The notes: generated by a model not told the origin, from the sequence alone. A DNA stretch of 62,125 bases, filler included, from Nemertoderma westbladi (GCA_032718475.1; 5 parts of 5 records of this genome joined end to end with filler, not necessarily neighbours in it); one strand, 5' to 3'; positions 48,425-61,096 are shown, numbered from the whole stretch's first letter. Numbers and translations: made by a program.

Positions 48425-50020
48425 ATGGTATTCTGCCTACACTGTACTGCTAGACTCGTTGATAACTCGGTTGCAACTAAACTACCTGGCACTGATAAAG
48501 ACTTCGTGTTAAACTTGTACAAGGAGTCGCTTGGCAAAGACTATAAAAGAATAACATTCTATCTATGTATTGTTGACGACTTTGAAAAGAGTGAGGCTCA
48601 AGAAACAGATGATAACTCGTTGCTTTCGCATTCAAACCTAAGACAATCTAGGCTAAATATAGGTTCCAACATTGCATCATGTCCACCATTGCATAACGAC
48701 AATAGTAACACTCAAACAACACCACCGGCGCAACCTGCCCCACAACCCTTTAGTTCATCAGTTATCTCTACATCATTTCAGCCAAACGTCATAGGTCATC
48801 CAACCCAAGATATTATTGTCATAGAAAGTGACGAGGAGGATTTAGACAATTGTATAACTGCGAATGATGCTGCCCCGGCCCCCAGTCCAAGCAATTTGAA
48901 TATGTTAGATCCTAAGGTAACACGAGACAATATTGAAACACTTGATTACTATAACGATGATGATGAGTATAATATTATCAGAATTCGAAGACGTAAATTA
49001 TTGAGCGACCTCCTTATTGGAATTGAAAAGCTCAACCCCCACGAATTGATTAAAATCAGGTATACGGGGGAGCCAGGTATTGACAATGGTGGTTTGAGAC
49101 GCGACGTCTTTGGAAGATGTATTGTTGCTATGTTAAATGGTTCGTCGTTGTTTAACATTGTAGATGGCTATATAGTGCCATCATCTGGCGATATGAGTAA
49201 GGTTGTGCGTGGGGAATTTAAAGTGATAGGTAAACTTTTCGCGATGATTTTACTGCATGGAGAACAATTTCTAGGTATCCTACATCCCATAGTTTCCTAT
49301 TACATTATATACGATAGCATTGACGCCCCTTTCAGAGAATCGGGATTTTTATCCCATACCACTTGTGAATTTCTCATATGTTTGACGGACACTGGGAAGT
49401 TTTCTCCGCATATGATCGAGTGTAGCCTAGATATTGGACTTGTCCCGCCTAACGAAAATTGTAGTGTGGATACCAAATTAAAGTTTTTCGATACTTTCAT
49501 GCAGGTTTACACTGTCCTTTCAAACAAAGCAGCTGTCGATGCTGTTAAGTCTGAATTTCGTGAACACGTTGGCCACGTTCCAAATGACGTATTGTTTCGT
49601 TTTCTGTGCTGCTCTCCTAAGTTTAAAATCGCGGATTTTTTTGACAGTGCTATAGTGCAAAACCGATCAGAAGAAGGATCAAACCGATGTGTTAATGAAG
49701 AAAACATATTATATTACCTCACGGCAATTATGCAGGATTTTGATGAAGATAATTTGCAGGAATGGTCTGATGGTGAGGAGGTTTTGCAACTTGGTTCTGA
49801 CGAGTTAATGTTGTGGTTATTTGGCTCGTGCCGACCCCTGAAAGTCCCGCAATTGACAATCATCTTTAAAGACTGTCCAATTGATTGCAATTGTAGGATG
49901 CAGTACTCTACTTGTGCCTACCAATTAATAATCCCGCTACATATTAACGACAGACATCAATGTTTAGGATTAATACTAAAATCATTGAGGGAATCGGGGG
50001 TCCAATTTGGAATGACTTAA
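48425..50020 (+). CDS. HECT-domain E3 ubiquitin ligase (G2E3-like), transposon-borne; may have additional upstream exon(s)
   Basis: N-lobe IRIRRRKLLSD...IRYTGEPGIDNGGLRRDVF...SLF...GEFKVIGKLFAMILLHG; C-lobe LMLWLFGS...YSTCAYQLIIP...QFG with the Cys in the catalytic position. Confidence 0.85.
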   Translation: MVFCLHCTARLVDNSVATKLPGTDKDFVLNLYKESLGKDYKRITFYLCIVDDFEKSEAQETDDNSLLSHSNLRQSRLNIGSNIASCPPLHNDNSNTQTTPPAQPAPQPFSSSVISTSFQPNVIGHPTQDIIVIESDEEDLDNCITANDAAPAPSPSNLNMLDPKVTRDNIETLDYYNDDDEYNIIRIRRRKLLSDLLIGIEKLNPHELIKIRYTGEPGIDNGGLRRDVFGRCIVAMLNGSSLFNIVDGYIVPSSGDMSKVVRGEFKVIGKLFAMILLHGEQFLGILHPIVSYYIIYDSIDAPFRESGFLSHTTCEFLICLTDTGKFSPHMIECSLDIGLVPPNENCSVDTKLKFFDTFMQVYTVLSNKAAVDAVKSEFREHVGHVPNDVLFRFLCCSPKFKIADFFDSAIVQNRSEEGSNRCVNEENILYYLTAIMQDFDEDNLQEWSDGEEVLQLGSDELMLWLFGSCRPLKVPQLTIIFKDCPIDCNCRMQYSTCAYQLIIPLHINDRHQCLGLILKSLRESGVQFGMT

Positions 50021-51306
50021 TTAACTATGATATTGACTTTGTAGTTTTTTATAAATCATTTATGAACGGGTCAATTGACCACTAGCTGCATTTGGCGCGG
50101 GGGGGGGGGGACTATTCGGCCGCTCAAGTATATTTTCGTAACCATAAGCTGAAATGTATGAATGTTTTTAACATATTGTTAGCCCATGGAGGCCGAATAA
50201 CCCCCCCCCCCCCCCCCCCGCCCCAGTGCTAATATGAAACTGTTAATAATTATTAAAATATTTGTGTTAGTACAGATATCAACATTTAATAGTGCGATAT
50301 TCATGGACTAGCGGTTATACATAGGCGGCATACTTTCGGTATTGTCTTCATTAGTTATTTCATGAAAGTACTTAAAGTAAACTTTTTTGAAATATTGTAA
50401 TATTCCTTCCAAACATTTCTAACGGGGGGGGGGGGGGGGGAGAGGGGGGTGGGGTGGAATTTTTTAAATTAATTAATTAATTAATATCTAAAAAATATAA
50501 GCATGTGAAAACTATGCAATGTATAGAAGAAATCCTAATAAAATGAATTAGTTCGTAGAAAGCTTGCAAGCTTGAAAGGAAGGTTGGAGAAAGCTGCTAC
50601 TAAGCAGCAACCAATCACGTTAATCATGTTTAACACAGAGTCAATGAGAATGGAATATTGCTAACATGAAAAATTATTATATTATTAATAATTAATTATT
50701 AAATATTATTAATAATTAATAATATTAAAAAATTATTAAGAATTGAAGCAACAGTAATAATAGCCAAAGCCAATACCGGTACATAATACTATTTGTTAAT
50801 TTTTTATTATTTATTATTGTTAATTTGTTATTTCAATACTTTAAGAGCCTTAAAGGGCAGAAGGGGCCTTATTCTTTCTCATGGTAGTTACATGGGAGCA
50901 GTAATGGGACGATTAAAAAAGTAGTGGAATGTAATTTATGCGATAAGAAATATACAGCAACCTCTGCATTTATCGAGACACAAACAAAAAATTGATAAAA
51001 GAAGAACCGACAGCGAAACTAAACCATTTCCACGCTGTCCAGCCTGCCAGCACTGTTCTTTTTGATACTCTCGTGTCGGGAATGCTACAGACAGACCTTG
51101 GACCAATTGAATGGATAGGATGTAGTGAGTAGCGTTTGGACGGGTGTAAACAATACGCTGACAACCGGCAACCACTGCCGACAACAGCAAATATGTAAAG
51201 TAAATGTAGTAGCAGCCCCTAGCAGGTTTCTCCAACCACATCACTTGTTTTATACAAAATGGAATAATGTTAACTGGAAAAGCCACGATCTAAGCACCCG
51301 TTAGTC

Positions 51307-52452
51307 TCACCACTGGTTTATAATGAATCGGAATAAATTCAGTGATTGCTGCCAAGTTGTAGGAGGCGTAATGCCAAGTGAGTTAAAAATATACTTAATA
51401 TAAGATTCATTATCACTATTGTAACTGTCATTGGCGGAGTTTATCGAGTTTGAGACATAGTTTAGAACTTCCGTATAAACAATCTGTCCGACCGGTCTTT
51501 GGAGGTTGGTATAATCACCCGAGGGATAAAGAAAGTTATATAATGGTTTTCCTGATATAGTATCGTATCGAGACTTCCTAATACTATGATTGTTCCAGGC
51601 AATAGCGATATCATCTAACTCTTTCTGTATGGTACTGGCAAAGCAAAACCATATTACATCGATGTGAATCAGGTTCCCCGGATCAAATTCTCCATTTTCG
51701 ACGAGATGAGTGAGAAAATTAATCCACCATGTTGACCACGACTTCCGGAGATAAGACCACCACGCTTCTATTCTTTGGTTGCGTGGCGAACTAACGTATC
51801 TATGTGCATCTAGATTCTGGGAAAAATAACTATGAGCTGCCGCCATAACGCCGTTTTCGGTTCCTCTGTCAGTTTCAAGTCGTACCGGCATTCCGTAATG
51901 CCTTACAGCATCTAGGTATAATTTCGCTATGCGAATGGGATCGTTGTTACTCCTAATAACTTCTAACCAAATTACAAGTCTCGACCAGCCGTCGATACAT
52001 CCATGGATGGGAAAACCGAAACGTTTGAGTTTATCGTACCCATCACTATGCCAACAAGCACCCGGTCCTGCATTACGATACACACGTCTACGAAGTTTAT
52101 GTCTCTTTCTATGGTTACTCCCCACAGGATCCAGTTTTTGCAGATACTTCTGCACCACAAGCCTTGGCACAATATATCCTTTAGCTAAAAGTTGTTTCCA
52201 AATATATCTATAACCACAAGACGCACCGGACGTTCGTAAAATACCAGAAATTTCTTGCAATACGTTTGATAACCTATATAAGGTGTTCGTGTTCGTGTTT
52301 CGTCTAAATAACCCCAAACTGTTTAGTTGCCTCTGAATAGTTTTTACGCTGGGTGGACTACTGGAAGAAAGAGTAAGAAGGCGGCGTATTTCATAATAGG
52401 TGTATCCTAACTTAAAGTATTTTACTATCAATAATGGATTTGTAACCATCAC
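51307..52452 (-). CDS. DDE integrase-core transposase with an N-terminal HTH (IS3/IS481-like fold)
   Basis: YFKLGYTYYEI...SVKTIQRQL HTH, GYRYIW, RRRVY..GPGACWHSDGYDKL (D), IHGCIDGWSR, ETDRGTEN (D), NQRIEAWW (E, 33 residues after D2) and WNNHSIR. Confidence 0.92.
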   Translation of the reverse strand: MMVTNPLLIVKYFKLGYTYYEIRRLLTLSSSSPPSVKTIQRQLNSLGLFRRNTNTNTLYRLSNVLQEISGILRTSGASCGYRYIWKQLLAKGYIVPRLVVQKYLQKLDPVGSNHRKRHKLRRRVYRNAGPGACWHSDGYDKLKRFGFPIHGCIDGWSRLVIWLEVIRSNNDPIRIAKLYLDAVRHYGMPVRLETDRGTENGVMAAAHSYFSQNLDAHRYVSSPRNQRIEAWWSYLRKSWSTWWINFLTHLVENGEFDPGNLIHIDVIWFCFASTIQKELDDIAIAWNNHSIRKSRYDTISGKPLYNFLYPSGDYTNLQRPVGQIVYTEVLNYVSNSINSANDSYNSDNESYIKYIFNSLGITPPTTWQQSLNLFRFIINQW

Positions 52453-53314
52453 ACAAAATGTACCAGTACGGCTATGCGATGCTGTTGCAGATGCAGTACC
52501 AGTATACGCCTATACAGAAAGTATTAAGGGTTTTAAACATAAACAATAGGTTTTAAATTCAAACAACCCGCCATAAATTAACCACTCACGTAGTGCCGTG
52601 GATTTCCACGGCACATTTCGTAAAGTGCCGTGGATTTCCACGGCACATTTCGTAAAGTGCCGTGGATTTCCACGGCACATTTCGTAAAGTGCCGGGGCTT
52701 TCACGGCACATTTCGTAAAGTGCCGTGGCTTTCACGGCACATTTCGTAAAGTGCCGTGGATTTCCACGGCACATTTCGTAAAGTGCCGTGGATTTCCACG
52801 GCACATATCATAAAGTGCCGTGGCTTTCACGGCACATATCGTAAAATGCCTTGGCTTTCACGGCACATTTCTCAAATTGCCGTGGCTTTCACGGCACATT
52901 TCGTAAAGTGCCGTGGATTTCCACGGCACATTTCGTAAAGTGCCGTGGCTTTCACGGCGCATTCAACAGCAACTTATGCCCCATAGAACACTATGCATTC
53001 GTTTTGTGGTTTGTGTTGTCCGTTGTGGGCCACCGTAAATACTAGATTTATTGAGGTTCGTTATTAATCGTTACAAAGTATTAGAATGTTTAGGCATAAT
53101 AGAGTCAATGCTGCATGCAAAGTATCTGAACTGAAACCACTTGATTCACAATTCTATGTGGTTAATTATTGGGTAATCGAGATATCGGGTTATTCGAGAG
53201 TTGTTCTTGGATCTTTAAGCAACCTTCTTTGAATCCTAAAGATATTGATCTATATTTACCATGATTATCGGTTGATGCTAATGTCTTACTAAAAAAGTTT
53301 AGACTAATTGATTT

Positions 53315-53395
53315 ACTAATTAATGAATTACATACCGGTAGCTACTGCATTAGGGCTAACGCAGTAGCTACCGGTATGTAATTCATTAATTTAGT
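53315..53395. repeat. ~80-bp near-perfect palindrome
   Basis: ATTAATGAATTACATACCGGTAGCTACTGC-loop-GCAGTAGCTACCGGTATGTAATTCATTAAT. Confidence 0.9.
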
Positions 53396-54099
53396 GGCGA
53401 GTCGAGGTTGTCTAAGTCTGTGTGTGTCTATCTGTCGATGTGTGTAGAATTATTGTAAATTTAAAAAACCCTTCCCGAAAATGTTTAAACTTAAATTGCA
53501 ATTGCAATTGAAATTTATTATTTTTTTCAAAATAATGAAACTGAACAGTACGTTGTCGCCTCGAAAGTAAAGAAAATGGTTGGATAGTGAGGGTATTCAC
53601 TTGGGAGTAAGAGTGCCGCCCGCCCTGCTTTACAGGGAACTGCCAAGAGAGATGAGCTACCGTGTAAATATAATTTGGAGTCGACAGTTTCAAGTGTGTC
53701 AAGTGGCAGGTTCACGAGTGTCTTCGCATTTACTATAGCTGCGTAGCGAGAAAGATACGGAATTCGTTGAATTGGTTTATTGATAAATAAAACCGGTACC
53801 GGGTACAGTGCAACAATAATTAGTAACAATTAAAATATTTATACCACAGTTCAATACACCTGAAATAAAACTCTACGTTTCACCGAAATAAAAATTAATT
53901 GATAAAGGGACACAAATTAAGAACGTCAAATGGTCAAAGGAAGAAAATACTTAACGATTTTCTTCGTATTGCTCCTAATGATATTCGAAAAGTTGTAAAT
54001 TCAAAAAGGTGCAATTTTAAGATGAATAAATATTGAATAATATGTTAGTGAGGGTAAACTATCAATCTCTAAGTGAAGTTTCTAATAACGTTATTTGTC

Positions 54100-55130
54100 G
54101 GTACTGAGTCGGTACGGTATTTGTGTTTACTGAGTCGGTATTTGCATTTACTGAGTCGGTATTTGCGTTTACTGAGTCGGTATTTGTGTTTACGTTTACT
54201 GAGTCGGTATTTGTGTTTACGTTTACTGAGTCGGTATTTGTGTTTACTGAGTCGGTATTTGTGTTCACGTTTACTGAGTCGGTATTTGTGTTTACGTTTA
54301 CTGAGTCGGTATTTGTGTTCACGTTTACTGAGTCGGTATTTGTGTTTACGTTTACTGAGTCGGTATTTGCGTTTACGTTTACTGAGTTGGTATTTGTGTT
54401 TACTGAGTCGGTATTTGTGTTCACGTTTACTGAGTCGGTGTTTGTGTTTACGTGTACTGAGTCGGTATTTGTGTTCACGTTTACTGAGTCGGTATTTGTG
54501 TTTACGTTTACTGAGACGGTATTTGTGTTTACGTTTACTGAGTCGGTATTTGTGTTTCCGTTTACTGAGTCGGTATTTGTGTTTACGTTTACTGAGTTGG
54601 TATTTGTGTTTACGTTTACTGAGTCGGTATTTGTTTTTGCGTTTACTGAGTCGGTATTTGTGTTTACGTTTACTGAGTTGGTATTTGTGTTTACGTTTAC
54701 TGAGTCGGTATTTGTCTTTACGTTTACTGAGTCGGTATTTGTGTTTACGTTTACTGAGTCGGTATTTGTTTTTACGTTTACTGAGTCGGTATTTGTGTTT
54801 ACGTTTACTGAGTCGGTATTTGTGTTTACGTTTACTGAGTCGGTATTTGTGTTTACGTTTACTGAGTCGGTATTTGTGTTTACGTTTACTGAGTCGGTAT
54901 TTGTGTTTACGTTTACTGAGTCGGTATTTGTGTTTACGTTTACTGAGTCGGTATTTGTGTTTACGTTTACTGAGTTGGTATTTGTGTTTACTGAGTCGGT
55001 ATTTGTGTTTACTGAGTCGGTATTTGTGTTTACGTTTACTGAGTTGGTATTTGTGTTTACTGAGTCGGTATTTGTGTTTACTGAGTCGGTATTTGTGTTT
55101 ACGTTTACAGAGTTGGTATTTGTGTTTACG
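54100..55130. repeat. 21/27-bp minisatellite (TTTACG)TTTACTGAGTCGGTATTTGTG
   Basis: Visible periodicity; unit lengths are multiples of 3, which yields spurious long ORFs. Confidence 0.95.
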
Positions 55131-55280
55131 AGTATACGTAATCGGTCCGGGATTGATATCGCAATCCAGATTTTTGAGATTGGGATTACAATTTTGCATT
55201 TAAGATATTAAATATTATATTATTAAACATTATATATATAATATTATTAAATAATATAGGGAGATAAGGACAAGATTTCC

Positions 55281-55959
55281 CATATCCTGGTAATTGGTTA
55301 CATATCCTGGTAATTGGTTACATATCCTGGTAATTGGTTACATATCCTGGTAATTGGTTACATATCCTGGTAATTGGTTACATATCCTGGTAATTGGTTA
55401 CATATCCTGGTAATTGGTTACATATCCTGGTAATTGGTTACATATCCTGGTAATTGGTTACATATCCTGGTAATTGGTTACATATCCTGGTAATTGGTTA
55501 CATATCCTGGTAATTGGTTACATATCCTGGTAATTGGTTACATATCCTGGTAATTGGTTACATATCCTGGTAATTGGTTACATATCCTGGTAATTGGTTA
55601 CATATCCTGGTAATTGGTTACATATCCTGGTAATTGGTTACATATCCTGGTAATTGGTTACATATCCTGGTAATTGGTTACATATCCTGGTAATTGGTTA
55701 CATATCCTGGTAATTGGTTACATATCCTGGTAATTGGTTACATATCCTGGTAATTGGTTACATATCCTGGTAATTGGTTACATATCCTGGTAATTGGTTA
55801 CATATCCTGGTAATTGGTTACATATCCTGGTAATTGCTAACATATCCTGGTAATTGGTTACATATCCTGGTAATTGGTTACATATCCTGGTAATTGGTTA
55901 CATATCCGGTAATTGGTTACATATCTTGGTAATTGGTTACATATCCTGGTAATTGGTTA
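55281..55959. repeat. 20-bp near-perfect satellite (CATATCCTGGTAATTGGTTA) x~34
   Basis: Visible periodicity, with variants only in the last units. Confidence 0.97.
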
Positions 55960-56571
55960 AACAATTACTAAATTAAAATGATATTGAGGTCAAGTTCTAA
56001 CTATAATCCTATTATGGTTTCTTACACTTAGGGTTCAATAAATATCAGTCCTTGTCGCTCTATTAAATAAAATATTTAGCGAATTTACTTCACTATTAAT
56101 ACTCCGTATCCCAACCCAATACGTCAGGATCTGGAAGTTTAACGATATAGTCAATACTGAGGCTCATCTGTACCCTATTGAGTGGGCAATTAGGCAAGGC
56201 AGCTGTAATAGGCAATATTTTATTGGGCATGGTGGACAGGACAGTCTACTCTAAGTAATACTGCATTTTTTTACTGTTTTACAAATATCATCTGACCTTG
56301 ACTGTGACTCTTAACTCAGTTACTGTCGTATTTGTGGACTGGCTGTTCGTCACACCAACTAATTGTTATTTATTCTGGACACTAGGCCTATCTTACTCCA
56401 AGATTTCCCGTGGAGGTTTAAACAACCTGTTTTGGGGTATTATTTATTATGTGACGGTTAGCACTTCATTTTTGTTCTTGTGAAGAAAATAAGAGATATA
56501 CCGGTACATAAAAAAACTCAAAATACATAATGTACCAACATGTACCAATGGAAGTTCATTTTCCTTATTGC

Positions 56572-57171
56572 CTAGTCCGATTTGGAATAGTGTACGAATG
56601 ATCTGGGTGGGTTGTTTGGATCCACCGGGTTTGTTAACAACTCGCTGAATAGTTTTATCTGAGGTATTCCGCGAATTTCGTGTTCCAATAAAGGTAGTTT
56701 TACGACGTGGAAGTCATCGTAAAGATCTTCCATCTGGTCCAGGTATTTCCGTTGTAACTTGTAACGCGACATACAGATGCGACAGTCTCCACCCTCCGGG
56801 TAAACCATCTGGTTCACTATGATGTTTCGCGTATCGATCTCCTGTTTGGTTAGCTCCTGGACTAATCGTTCCGTTTCATACATCGATAGGAATTCCGCGA
56901 TGCTGACACAAACAAACGTTGTGTACGAAGAATCCCGGAACTGTTGGTTAACCTGCCGGATTATCGGCATTACGTCGCTTAGTTTTCTTGGTCATATCGT
57001 CCACATTGGCGTGATCTATTCCCATAAGGCGACTCATCTGGGTGAATAGCGGGCTTATTTGGTTCTTTAACTCTAAAAGTCTACCAAGTCCTGTTTCCAT
57101 AACCATAGGGAAGGACAAGAGTCTGAGTGTATGCCCAGTCGGCGCAGTGTCGAACACAACAACAGAGTAAT
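56572..57171 (-). CDS. ASNA1: ATPase ASNA1/GET3 C-terminal half, with a 1-nt frameshift near 56985; 5' part lost at the contig end
   Basis: [53 protein letters not shown], Cxx[13 protein letters not shown] and [12 protein letters not shown]. Removing one A gives [12 protein letters not shown]. Confidence 0.92.
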
Positions 57172-57749
57172 NNNNNNNNNNNNNNNNNNNNNNNNNNNNN
57201 NNNNNNNNNNNNNNNTTAATTAATTAANNNNNNNNNNNNNNNNNNNNNNNNNNNNNNNNNNNNNNNNNNNNAGCCGAACCGAACCGAAATTGCCAAACTT
57301 CGGCCCGAACCGAACCGAAGCCGAAGCTTCTGTTGAGCCCTAAGTCTGACAGTACAACCCTTGCGCTTGCCCAATAGATGGAATAACTGAATAAGGCCAC
57401 ATACAGTACCGGTATGCTGGTTTGAAGCGTTTCTTCTGCTGTTCTGTTCTTTCCTTACTCCTGTACTCTACTGTTCTGTCCTTCTACCATCTACTGCATG
57501 TGACAAAATACTAACAGCTAATACAACGTAAAAATACATACCCACGTCGTCCAGACGTCTGCACTGCTCCACTGCACGCCAGGCTGCAAACCACCACTGA
57601 ACCGTGCACAACGCCTGCGCACAATTTTTCAGCCGCGCAATATTGGACAATATACCGCGCATGCACCGAAAAAAACGCGCACACCACATTTTAACTATGT
57701 AAACGAGAAACATACGCCAGCAAAGCGAGCAAAACCTTTTCATTAACAT

Positions 57750-58090
57750 TGCAAAATGAACAGATGAAAAAGAAACGCTAGCAAAACTCAAAGTGAGAGA
57801 AATTTGTTCATTCTAATCTAACAGCCAGACAGCTGAACAGTGCAAAATGATAAGATAAAGAAACGCGAGCAAAACTCATAAGTGAGCGAAATTTTTTCCT
57901 TCTAACAGTGCAAAATAAAAAAAAAGAAACGAGAGCAAAACTCAAAGTGAGCGAAATTTTTTCATTCTACATCTGTCAGTCTGTACATGTAACAGTTCAA
58001 AATGAAAAAGAAACGCGAGCAAAACTCAAAGTGTTCGAAATTTTTTCATTCTAACAGTCTGACAGTGCAAAATGAAAAAGAAACGCGACT
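57750..58090. repeat. Diverged ~65-80-bp tandem repeat
   Basis: Recurring AAAAGAAACGCGAGCAAAACTCAAAGTGAGCGAAATTTT..CATTCTAACAG. Confidence 0.75.
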
Positions 58091-58241
58091 ACCAGTTTGC
58101 TTTATATTATTTACAGTGTTAATTGTAAAATTTTATGAAAAACCATAAAAAACCAATTTTTTCGCCTTTTTTTAAAAGTTGGTTAAACCAAAAAACCATA
58201 AAAAACCAATGGTGAGAAAAACCATTGGTTGCCCACCCTGT

Positions 58242-58927
58242 CAGCAAGTCTCTGACCGGATGAGCATAAGCTCAAAGGATGGTATGCTTGAGCATGTGGA
58301 CGACTTCTGTTACCTGGGATCATGGATCCGGAAGTCAGGTGAGGACCTTCGAATACGTAAGGGAAAGGCATGGGCAGCCTTGAATAGGCTTTCCAGGATT
58401 TGGAATTCACCTAGAATTAATCGGAAACTTAAGGTCCGATTATTTAGAGCAGCAGTAGTTCCAGTACTCCTCTACGGGAGTCCATGCTGGGCTCTAACTG
58501 CTGAGGACACCAAATCTCTGGATGGCACATTCACAAGAATGCTACGCCGGGTACATTGTGTCAAGTACAATGCACACATCTCCAACCAGACACTATATAA
58601 CATTGGAGGTGTCTCATTGGTTCCCCCAAGCTTGACTCTAGAACAAAATCGCCTCCGCTTTGCAGGACATTGCTTTCGCCGTGAGGACCAGCCTGTGCAT
58701 AATCTTGTACTTTGGCAGCCTCATGGAGTGAATAAGCATGGTGGACAGCCCATGACTTTCTTGAAACGCATCTTAAAGGACACTGGCCTTAAAGATGCGG
58801 ATGATCTAGCAAATGTCATGGGTGATAGGGAGTTGTGGCGGTGCAATTTTGTTGACAAGCCGGCACAGCATTCTTAAAAATGCAGCTGCAATGCAGCATG
58901 CCGATCCTAGTAGTAGTAGTAGTAGTA
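58242..58927 (+). mobile_element. 5'-truncated RTE-like LINE copy with (TAG)n tail
   Basis: Nearly identical to 61453-62125; FCYLGSW, VLLYGS..W and RLRFAGHCFR. Confidence 0.9.
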
Positions 58928-59352
58928 CATTGTCTAGGCCTATACCGGTATATGACTGTATGAAAAGACTCTGATATTTTTCTCAAATTTCCCGGCAGCC
59001 CGGTTTCCTCGGGAAAATACCAGGAAAAAATTCGGGAAATCTTTTCACAAGCTTTAGTCAGTTAGTCTATTCAAATTTTTTTTTCGAATATTCATTACCG
59101 GTACCAGTAGGGCCTACTGCATTGTACAGTTGTACCGCAAGGGCCTATGCGCTATGTATGAAAAGACTATGATATTTTTCTCAAATTTCCTGGTCTTCTC
59201 GGGTAAATAGCTGAATAGCGGGAAAAAATACAGGCAGACAGGAAAAATTTTCCCAAAAATTGTAAAGATTTTAGATAGGATACCTGCCCAAATACCGGAC
59301 AACCCAATCTCCAACTGTCCCAGGTTGGAATTTATGTAGAGTTTGCTCAACA

Positions 59353-59475
59353 TGTGTGGCGCGGATTAAGGATCCTGGCGCGTAGTGACAGGGGCATGTG
59401 GCGCGGATTAAGGATCCTGGCGCGTAGTGACAGGGGCGTGTGGCGCGCATTGAGGATCCTGGCGGTCCTGGCGCG
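59353..59475. repeat. Short GC-rich ~42-bp tandem repeat
   Basis: TGTGGCGCGGATTAAGGATCCTGGCGCGTAGTGACAGGGGC x~3. Confidence 0.75.
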
Positions 59476-61096
59476 AATATGGATGTAGGGTTAGGTTAGG
59501 ACAGTAGGAGGTTGCGTAGCAGTGCACTAGCAACACATCCCACTCTACAGCTCTATTTGAAATTATTCCATAGATTTAAAAAGATTGAAAAATGTCCGCT
59601 CGCTTCGCTCGCGTTTATACTGTAAGCCTACTCTTAGCACTGTCTGGCTGTGGACAAATGGAAACAGACAAATTGAGCATGACCATTAAAAACATGACTT
59701 GTTTCAAAAGTTTTTCAATTGTCAGATTCTTCAAACCAATAAAACCATGACAGCCTGCATGATTCAGCAGAATTTCCGTGCTCGCTACGCTCGTCAGCTC
59801 ACAATTTAATGACATCTGCATTTCTGCATTTGAAACAGTCGGTTTGCCTACTTTAAATGCTGAAATGTTAAAATTTTCGTGCTCGCTTCGCTCGCATCTT
59901 GATCACATCTGCATTTAAAAACAGTCAGTTGACGTTGACCTACTACTACTACTACCACACCACAACTACAGCACTATCTGACTATTACTGTGTCAGACTG
60001 TATTTATGTTTAACATGATTGGAAAATTTACTTGCTCGCTACGCTCGCATTTTAATGTTAAAATACTGCAGGGCTACAGCATTATAAACTGATAAATTAT
60101 TACAATTAAGCAATTACTGCAAAATTTCATAGTCAATTGTTGGCTTGGCGCGCATTAGATATCATGGCTGGCGCGATTTTCGTTTAACCAGAACGCGTGT
60201 GGCGCGCTTTTTGTCAGTATTCCATATAGGCAACTGTCCAACCAAAAAGTGCCTATTTGCACCTGTTAGATGGCGCTGGGCACTCAATCAGTCAATGTTA
60301 AGATTTTATTTTGATGTAGGATAATGTCCTGTACTGTTAGAATCATCTTTTGATTGGAGGAAACTATGGTTGAGCTACAATAAAGGAATATTCGGAATTC
60401 TGTCCGGAATTGGGGTATCTTACCCTAGGCCAAAACATGGCACATGGTTTTCTCAATCAATATTTCTATTACCGGTACGTACCTGCAGCTGCAACCTGTA
60501 TTATTCAGTTATTCATAACCTCATAACTGCATAATCTGAATGTAATAATAGAAATACCGGTACGAGTATTAAACAATACAAAGGATGCAAATTAAATTCA
60601 CCATTTGTTTTTAGGGAAAGGAGCAGATTACATAGGCAGGCTATTCTAACCAAAAACAATAAACGGCCAATTTACCAATTGTGTTAAAGGAGCAGGCTGC
60701 AGAGGCGGGCTTTTCTAACCAAAACAATAAACGTTCACTTTACTAAACCCCAAGACAATACACAGCCACTTTACCAATTGAGGGAAAGGAGCAGGTTACA
60801 TAGTCGAGGTGTTTTCTAACCAAAACAATAAACGATCGCTTTACTAAAAAATGTTAATGGAAAAATTTTTAATATTTTAAAGCATTTAATAAAAAGGTGA
60901 CATATATATATATATAAATACATATATAAGTGTTTTAAGGGACGGTCAGACGGTCCCCAAAGTACGGTAACAATACCCGCAGTAATTATTACAGTACTGG
61001 TACTGCAGACAACATGATTCTGTCAGTCTGTCGTCTGAGTCTGAGACTACATCAAACAGTCTAATGGAAGCTGTTGTTAGTGATTGATAGTGTGAT

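Larger units (their letters stand above)
47232..53037. mobile_element. Full-length IS3EU-like DNA transposon encoding a transposase and a HECT E3 ligase
   Basis: Perfect TSD AATACT (47226-47231 and 53038-53043), termini TAC..GTA, TIRs ~47232-47672 and ~52592-53037, and two convergent intact ORFs. Confidence 0.92.

Noticed and set aside
50936-51286. Third gene inside the IS3EU-like element
   Set aside because: Short ORF with a non-ATG start and no motif, probably transposase 3' UTR; it cannot be supported without expression data.
54062-55211. Several 140-376-aa ORFs, including a protamine-like K/R-rich one
   Set aside because: Products of a 21/27-bp minisatellite, open on both strands.
23104-57271. 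Repeated TTAATTAATTAA motif, and gene neighbourhoods across the gaps
   Set aside because: It is an artificial linker, so the contigs need not be adjacent in the genome.
58179-58241. N-terminus of the 232-aa ORF as part of a real fusion protein
   Set aside because: Chance read-in from flanking repeat DNA into a truncated LINE.
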